In this document: positions 51,905-57,747 of the stretch, in pieces
How the letters are laid out: each line of letters begins with the position of its first letter
Position numbering within the stretch: the first letter of the stretch is position 1
Origin: a virus
Lineage: Duplodnaviria; Caudoviricetes
Reading direction: 5' to 3' (one strand)
Length of the DNA: 57,747 nucleotides
IMG/VR virus record: IMGVR_UViG_3300044646_000955
Span: 1-57,747 of that record
Made by a program: the position numbers and the translations under genes
Notes under the pieces: model-generated
Database searches by the model: none
What the model saw: only the letters and a program-made list of their open reading frames with translations
What the model was told of the DNA's origin: nothing

Positions 51905-52603
51905 TCAAACGGTGGCGGAGAGGTGAGCGTCAATCCACAGTTCGCCGCCCGTAAGGAGGCGATCGACGCATAGGCCGAGATCCGTAAGAGCGGGGGGTGT
52001 AACCGTGGACACGACGAGTCCGAACAGGTCCCCGGCGGGGAAGGGCTCCATGAAGGGGTTCGAAGCGTAGGGCGTTACACCCCAGTCGCTTGGCGCCGCT
52101 AACACGTCGGCCTCAACGGAGGCGGTGAGGACTCCGTTGTCGATCGTCAAGGAGTCCCGCAGTATCGCCGAGCGGCAGAAGGGGGCGACGAAGTAGCCCC
52201 ACTGGTCGCATCCCGCCATGCTCTTTGTCCACACCTCAAGCGCGAACGACGGCCAGCGCTGCTCGGGGCTGAACGTCATCCCGATCGCTTCGCCATCGTG
52301 GAGCACCGGATCGCCAGCCAGCATGACGCCGAGCACGTCGGGGTTGACGTCGCACAACGACACGGATACCGAGGCGCGCATAAGGCGTCCCGGTTCTTTG
52401 TCGTTGACGCATAGATTGCCCCAGATGTCAACGCTCTCGTAGGTGCGCCCCTCCCGGACCTGCCCGGCCACCGTTACGGAGATGAACCCGTCGGTCACGA
52501 CAGTCCGGCAGGAGTCGGGTTCGTCGAGCGGCACTCCGCACGCGTCTAGCCGCGTAAGGCGAAGGCGGTAGCCCTTGATGCTCCGGAGGGGCAGCGTCGC
52601 CAT
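51905..52603 (-). CDS. Second major-tail-like paralogue
   Basis: Full-length similarity to 51191..51862. Confidence 0.75.
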   Translation of the reverse strand: MATLPLRSIKGYRLRLTRLDACGVPLDEPDSCRTVVTDGFISVTVAGQVREGRTYESVDIWGNLCVNDKEPGRLMRASVSVSLCDVNPDVLGVMLAGDPVLHDGEAIGMTFSPEQRWPSFALEVWTKSMAGCDQWGYFVAPFCRSAILRDSLTIDNGVLTASVEADVLAAPSDWGVTPYASNPFMEPFPAGDLFGLVVSTVTPPALTDLGLCVDRLLTGGELWIDAHLSATV

Positions 52604-52605
52604 GC

Positions 52606-52791
52606 CTAGGAGCCTAGAGCCGGTTCGTCCGGCACTACGGTCCCGTCCTCCGTGATCACTCCGCTCGGGATCCGGTGGTCATCCCACTCGAGGGTCGCCG
52701 GGTCCTCGTCAAGCTCAACCGGGTCGCCGAGCAGGACGCCGTTGACGGTCTTCATGCCGGTCCAGTTCGTGAAGCTGCGAAGGGTTCCCAT
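52606..52791 (-). CDS. Hypothetical protein
   Basis: GGAGAGG RBS. Confidence 0.55.
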   Translation of the reverse strand: MGTLRSFTNWTGMKTVNGVLLGDPVELDEDPATLEWDDHRIPSGVITEDGTVVPDEPALGS

Positions 52792-52799
52792 GCCTCTCC

Positions 52800-55700
52800 C
52801 TAAGTGGTCCCGTAGAAGGCGTTCACTGCTGCGATCTCCTGCGCCGAGAGCATGCGCCGCCAGAGGGCCGTTGCTCGCACCTCGGCGTCAAGGTACTGCG
52901 TCCCGGCGCCGGAAAGGCGACCGATGCGGAGCGGCAGGAGGTTGGCTAGAGCCGCCAGGGCGGGCCCGGTTGCGATGGTTGGCGCCCCGTTGTTGACGGC
53001 GACGGAAAGTTGGTGAGTGGAGCCGTCGTACTGGGCCCACACGGCGTACCGATCCCCCGGGGTGCGCTCCGTCGTTCCGTTGACCGATCCGCCGCCCGAT
53101 CCGTCGCCCGCGCGAAGGCTCGCCCGGTTGCCGCTAGTCGCGCCCGTGCTTAGGGCATACCCGGCTTCGGATGGGGTGAGGCTGCTGGACCTCGCTAGGA
53201 GGGTTGCGCTGAGCCCTTGAATCTCCCACCCGCGAAGCACGGAGAGGATCGTGAAGCTCTCCCCGTCGGCGAACGAGAGGGAGGGCGAGGTGGCCACCTC
53301 AAAGTAGTCATCGGTACCGAGGAGCCAGGTGTCCTCAACGACCGCTACGCTCTTGCGTCCCGTGGTAGAGCGGTTGATCTGAGCGACCGCCCGCTGCGAT
53401 GCGTCAACCCAGAACACGGAGCCCGAGAGCAGGGCAACGGTTGATGTGGTCACGACATTGTTTACGTAGTGGTCGGTGATAGCGGCGAGTTCGGTGGCGC
53501 TCAACGCCCGTCGGAACACGAGAGCGGCGAGGAGTTCGAAACTGCCCGCATTGCCGCCGCCAGGGTCTGCGCCGATGCGGTAGTTCAGCGCATTGGCAAG
53601 GCTCGTCGATGTGTCGGTTGCGGACCCGGTAGAGCCGTTGACCGACACCAGCGCCGTGCCCGCATTCCGTACCCCGGCGATGCACGACAACACGCCGTTG
53701 GTAAGCGTGACGTTCGCTTCGCCGCTCCCCGACGCGCCTTGCACGTAGAACTGAGCGTTTCCCACGGTGCCGATGTTGAGGGTATAACCGACAGTTGATC
53801 GCTTGCTCATGAATCGACTAAAGGCGGTCTGCGTCCCCCACTGCCGCACGACGGCGACGACCGTGAACGAATCGGTCGCCCCGAAGTCGAGCAGGTCGTT
53901 ATCGGACACCTGGAAGAAATCGTCGGTGCCGAGCAGCCACACGGGCTGCACGACGGCCACGCTCTTGCGGCCGCTCGTGGAGCGGTTGATGGTGAGGGCC
54001 CTCTGCCGCCCAGCGTCAATCCACAACACGGAGCCCGCCATGAGGGCGTTGCTCGTTGCCGTCGGAGCGGAAGTGTAGTGAGTCTCGATGTCTTGGAGTT
54101 CAGAGGCAGACAGCGCCCGTCGGAACACGAGGGCGGCGAGGAGTTCCATGTCGGCGTAGTTCGTTCCGGCGCCCGAAAGTCGGCCGATCCGCATAGCCTC
54201 GGAGTTGGCGAGTGTCGCGGTCGTGCTGTCGGAAGACGTTCCATCGCTTGATGAGTTCAGATATGTGTTTAGCGTCTTGGTGCCCGTGCCAACGCGAACG
54301 GCTCCAATCACTTGTTGTTGACCTAGGGTAAACGCCGGTGCGAGGTCGAAGTTCTGAGCCGTCCCGTCTGAGACTTGAATGTAATCCCGCCCACCACTGT
54401 TCGACACCAGTTGCCACCCAACGTTGGCTGCGGACGTCCCACTCTTCTTTGCGATAAGCATCGTGTTCGACGCTTGCGTTCCCCACCGTCGCGCGACGAT
54501 CGCAACCGTGAAGTCTTGAGTCGTCCCGAAGTCGAGCAGGTCGTTGTCTGCCACCTCGAAGTAGTCGTCGGTGCCGAGCAGCCAGATCGGTCGGACGACG
54601 GCGGCAGACTTGCGGCCGCTCGTGGAGCGGTTGATGGTCACCGTTGCGGCGTTGCTGCTCGACTCGACGAAGCTCGTCTGCCCGCCGCTGGTGATGCCCG
54701 ACGTGAAGTCGGCGTCGAGCACGACCGTGCCGCCGATCCCGTTTCGGATCTGCGCTCGGTAGAACTTGCCTGCGGGAAGGTTGGAAGCACCCACGTTCAA
54801 TCCACCGATAATGACGGCTGCCGTTGTTGCGCGAATATCCGTGGTGTAAGCGCCCGTTACCGTCGTGCCGACCTGCGTCCATGTCGTCCCGTCGTCAGAT
54901 TGCCAGAACGCAACGTCCGATCCGGCGGCGCCGTTGTTGACATCGAGCGTCGCTCTAACCCACTTGATAGTCCCGTCTGCAATCCCAGCGGCCACGGTCG
55001 ACGTCACTACGCGATTCGTTCCGTCTGCCTGCCACCACTCAAGACGGAGGTTGCCGGTTGTCATCACGAAAAAGGCCCAACGCGCTTGAGCATCGAACGG
55101 GTACGAGTTGATGAGTCCAGATGTCGCCGACGGCGTCCAGTCGTCGAGAGCCACCCGCACCCGAATGTCGATGTCACCCGTGATGTCCAGCGCCGCCGAA
55201 TCAGGGACGCTCGCGTAGTTGCCGCTCACGCCAGGCAAGTAGAGGTAGTTCGTGCCGGTGTGCTCAAGCAGAAGCGGGTCGTTCGTGTCGGACCCAACCG
55301 CCGAGCCGTAGCGAGCGTCCAGGACGGCGCCCCCCGTGCCGAGGTTGATGGCGATGTCTGCTGCGGTGGGGATGACGGGAGCGCCGGGGCCGTCGGCGTG
55401 GATCTGCACTTGCCCGCCCGAGGTGATGCCCGTGGTGAAGTCCACGTCTAGAACCGTCGTGCCGCCGATGCCGTTGCGGACGATTGCCCTATAGAACTTG
55501 CCCGAAGTGAATCCGCCGTCGGCGTATGCGCCAACGCTCACGACGCTTGTGCTGTTGAATAGCGAGATCGTGCCCGCTGTCGTAATCGTTGTGCCGAGTT
55601 GCGTGAACGTTGTCGGTTCGGTTGCCTGATCGGCTGCGGTAAAGAACTTGACGTCACGACCGCCCGCACCGTTGTCGACGTCCAGCGTGATCTTTAGCCA

Positions 55701-57747
55701 CCCCGCCTGGCCGTCCGTAAACGGGACGACAGTAGTCGAAGTAGCGATCGACTCAGTGCTGCCATCTGTCGAGTAGTAGAGCCGCATGAGCCCGCCCGTG
55801 GTTGCTGCCCACATCCAGGATCGTTGGCTAGCCCCGCCCCGCTTCGCGAACGGGTACTGCTCGCTTGCGGGAGTCCAGTCATCGAGCGACATGCGTAAGA
55901 CCAACTCAAGGTCACCCGTGATGTCCAGCGCCGCAGAGTCGGGGACCGAGGCGAAGTTACCCGTTACGCCGGAGAGATAGAGGTAGTTCGTCCCCGTGTG
56001 TTCCAACAGGAGCGGGTCGTTCGTGTCGGCGCTCGTCGTTGAGCCGTACATCGCGTTGAGCGCAGCGCCGCCCCACCCGAGGTTGGGCGCCGTCTGAGTG
56101 GAGGCGGGGATGACGGGAGGGCCCGGATCCGTAAGGTCAAGGACCGTCTCGTTGCCCGTCGTGATGGAGGCGGTGAAGTCGAGGTCAACGATCGGAGCGC
56201 CACCGATCCCGTTCAGGAACTGCACTCGGTAGACGTTGCCCGCCGGGAGGTTGAACAGGCCACCGGCCTCGCCCCCGATCTCCAGGGGGACGTTCGTGAC
56301 CGGATCGAGCGACCAGGGCCCGGACCGGGATACGGGCGTCCCGAGCGGCGTCCACGTAGCCCCGTCGTCGGATAGCCAGAAGGTGATGACGTTGTTGCCC
56401 GTGCCGTCGTTCATGTCGTGAGTGACACGAATCCACTTGACCGCTCCGTCGGCGAGACCGGTCGGCGCCGTTGAGTTCGTGAAGAGGAACCCGGCGGCCG
56501 TCCCGGTGCTCGACTCCCCGATCTGGAGCAGCCCGCCGGACGTGACCGCCACGTAGAACGCGTAGCGGGAGGGCCCGTACCAGCGGCTTATAAGTAGCGG
56601 CGAGGCGGGGGTCCAGCTATCTAGAGCTACCCGCATCCGCACGTCTAGGTCTCGGTCTCGCTCTACCCGGGCGAAGCCGTTGACCGAGACGGTAGCGGTG
56701 GAGCTTGAGGACTCCGCGAACGAGGTGGTAAAGGGCGGGAGGCGACTAAAGTCGGCGTCAAAGACGGTGGGGCCGTTGATCCCGTTGAGGACCTGCGCCC
56801 GCAGGTAGCGGGAGCGTTGGAACTGGTCCGTGCCTCCGGACAGGGAGCCCACCTCGAGCGGCGACGTGCCGGGGAAGATGGACGTGGGCCCGGATACCGT
56901 CTGCGTCGTCCCTAGCTGCGTCCATGAGACGCCATCGACGGAGGTGAAGAACTGGTAGACGCGAGCGCCCGATCCGTTGTTGACGTCGAGGGTCGCGCGA
57001 ACCCACACGAGCGAGCCGTCGGTAACCGGGATCGGGATGGATGAGCCAGCGGAGATCTGGAGTCCGGCGGTGCCGTCCGGCGAGGTGGCGAGGAACAGGT
57101 TGCCGGAGCCGTTGTTGCCGAAGTACCAGGACCGGTCGGCGCTGAGCTTCCCTAGGAACGTCTTCGTTGACCCGGGCGTCCAGTCGTCAAGCGCTACCTG
57201 CGCTCGCACGTCTAGGTCCCGCTCTCGCTCGATGCGAGCCTGCCCGTTGAGCGTCACGAGGGCGGCGTTTGACGATTGCTCCCGGAAGGACGAGACGAAC
57301 TGGATCTGGTCGGCAAAGTCCGCATCGAAGACGACGGCCCCGCCGATGCCGTTACGGACGATGGCGCGGTAGAACCGCCCGGCCGTGAACCAACTGGCGG
57401 CAGGAGTGACGCCTACAGCAAGCTGAGAGGAGCCGGGGAAGATCGACGTGATTCCGGTAGCGATGACGTCCGACCCGATCTGAGTCCATGCCGTCGGCTC
57501 GGTGACTTGATCGGCAGCCCAGAAGAACCTCGTCGTGCGCCCGCCGGATCCGTTGTTGACGTCGAAGGTCACGCGCAGCCAGTAGGCGACCCCATCCGTG
57601 AACGGGGCCGCTGCGCTAGCTATAGCGAGGGAGTTCGTCCCGTTAGTGCTCCATAAGAATCTAAGATCGCCTCCCGATGCTAGCGCCAAGGTGTAGCTAA
57701 TCGTTCCGGGATCCCACTTCGCCACCAAGCTGGAGGCAGAGGCCGGG
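52800..57747 (-). CDS. 3' part of giant LamG-repeat virion protein (runs off right edge)
   Basis: Repeated ALDDWTP / W.R.T.D..NG / NGIGG modules; frame stays open to the window end. Confidence 0.85.
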   Translation of the reverse strand, partial: PASASSLVAKWDPGTISYTLALASGGDLRFLWSTNGTNSLAIASAAAPFTDGVAYWLRVTFDVNNGSGGRTTRFFWAADQVTEPTAWTQIGSDVIATGITSIFPGSSQLAVGVTPAASWFTAGRFYRAIVRNGIGGAVVFDADFADQIQFVSSFREQSSNAALVTLNGQARIERERDLDVRAQVALDDWTPGSTKTFLGKLSADRSWYFGNNGSGNLFLATSPDGTAGLQISAGSSIPIPVTDGSLVWVRATLDVNNGSGARVYQFFTSVDGVSWTQLGTTQTVSGPTSIFPGTSPLEVGSLSGGTDQFQRSRYLRAQVLNGINGPTVFDADFSRLPPFTTSFAESSSSTATVSVNGFARVERDRDLDVRMRVALDSWTPASPLLISRWYGPSRYAFYVAVTSGGLLQIGESSTGTAAGFLFTNSTAPTGLADGAVKWIRVTHDMNDGTGNNVITFWLSDDGATWTPLGTPVSRSGPWSLDPVTNVPLEIGGEAGGLFNLPAGNVYRVQFLNGIGGAPIVDLDFTASITTGNETVLDLTDPGPPVIPASTQTAPNLGWGGAALNAMYGSTTSADTNDPLLLEHTGTNYLYLSGVTGNFASVPDSAALDITGDLELVLRMSLDDWTPASEQYPFAKRGGASQRSWMWAATTGGLMRLYYSTDGSTESIATSTTVVPFTDGQAGWLKITLDVDNGAGGRDVKFFTAADQATEPTTFTQLGTTITTAGTISLFNSTSVVSVGAYADGGFTSGKFYRAIVRNGIGGTTVLDVDFTTGITSGGQVQIHADGPGAPVIPTAADIAINLGTGGAVLDARYGSAVGSDTNDPLLLEHTGTNYLYLPGVSGNYASVPDSAALDITGDIDIRVRVALDDWTPSATSGLINSYPFDAQARWAFFVMTTGNLRLEWWQADGTNRVVTSTVAAGIADGTIKWVRATLDVNNGAAGSDVAFWQSDDGTTWTQVGTTVTGAYTTDIRATTAAVIIGGLNVGASNLPAGKFYRAQIRNGIGGTVVLDADFTSGITSGGQTSFVESSSNAATVTINRSTSGRKSAAVVRPIWLLGTDDYFEVADNDLLDFGTTQDFTVAIVARRWGTQASNTMLIAKKSGTSAANVGWQLVSNSGGRDYIQVSDGTAQNFDLAPAFTLGQQQVIGAVRVGTGTKTLNTYLNSSSDGTSSDSTTATLANSEAMRIGRLSGAGTNYADMELLAALVFRRALSASELQDIETHYTSAPTATSNALMAGSVLWIDAGRQRALTINRSTSGRKSVAVVQPVWLLGTDDFFQVSDNDLLDFGATDSFTVVAVVRQWGTQTAFSRFMSKRSTVGYTLNIGTVGNAQFYVQGASGSGEANVTLTNGVLSCIAGVRNAGTALVSVNGSTGSATDTSTSLANALNYRIGADPGGGNAGSFELLAALVFRRALSATELAAITDHYVNNVVTTSTVALLSGSVFWVDASQRAVAQINRSTTGRKSVAVVEDTWLLGTDDYFEVATSPSLSFADGESFTILSVLRGWEIQGLSATLLARSSSLTPSEAGYALSTGATSGNRASLRAGDGSGGGSVNGTTERTPGDRYAVWAQYDGSTHQLSVAVNNGAPTIATGPALAALANLLPLRIGRLSGAGTQYLDAEVRATALWRRMLSAQEIAAVNAFYGTT

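Noticed and set aside
1-57747. Prophage boundaries, integrase or terminal repeats
   Set aside because: No recombinase motifs or host genes recognised; the shared CGGG at the two ends is too short to be meaningful

Overview
The window is an apparently near-complete (~57.8 kb), high-GC tailed-phage (siphovirus) genome. The host is probably an Actinomycetota member, given WhiB, pervasive leaderless starts and a head module resembling mycobacteriophage cluster B. Both ends fall inside the same giant LamG-repeat gene, with roughly 70 bp apparently missing at the join. Most core genes are on the minus strand: head (portal, MuF, protease, two capsid proteins), terminase, a 7-deazaguanine DNA-modification cluster (ParB-DpdA-QueC-QueD-QueE-PRTase/FolE), replication and recombination (ERF, initiator, HNH, resolvase), lysis and tail. 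I recognised no integrase, DNA polymerase, tRNA or CRISPR array. The most striking unannotated structure is a dispersed family of about 27 near-identical sigma70-type promoters with a conserved spacer. About 21 of them drive small leaderless genes inserted as self-contained cassettes between core genes. Four drive promoter-to-terminator units with no leaderless ORF (candidate structured RNAs, two of them homologous), and a fifth small RNA has its own promoter. Other notable points: three different DNA-modification enzyme types (DpdA, TET/JBP, Mom-like), five pentapeptide-repeat paralogues ending in a GGDEF gene, an FtsK/TraB-like module between holin and endolysin, and extra copies of an origin-like sequence. 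All calls come from reading motifs by eye; no database searches or folding calculations were run.
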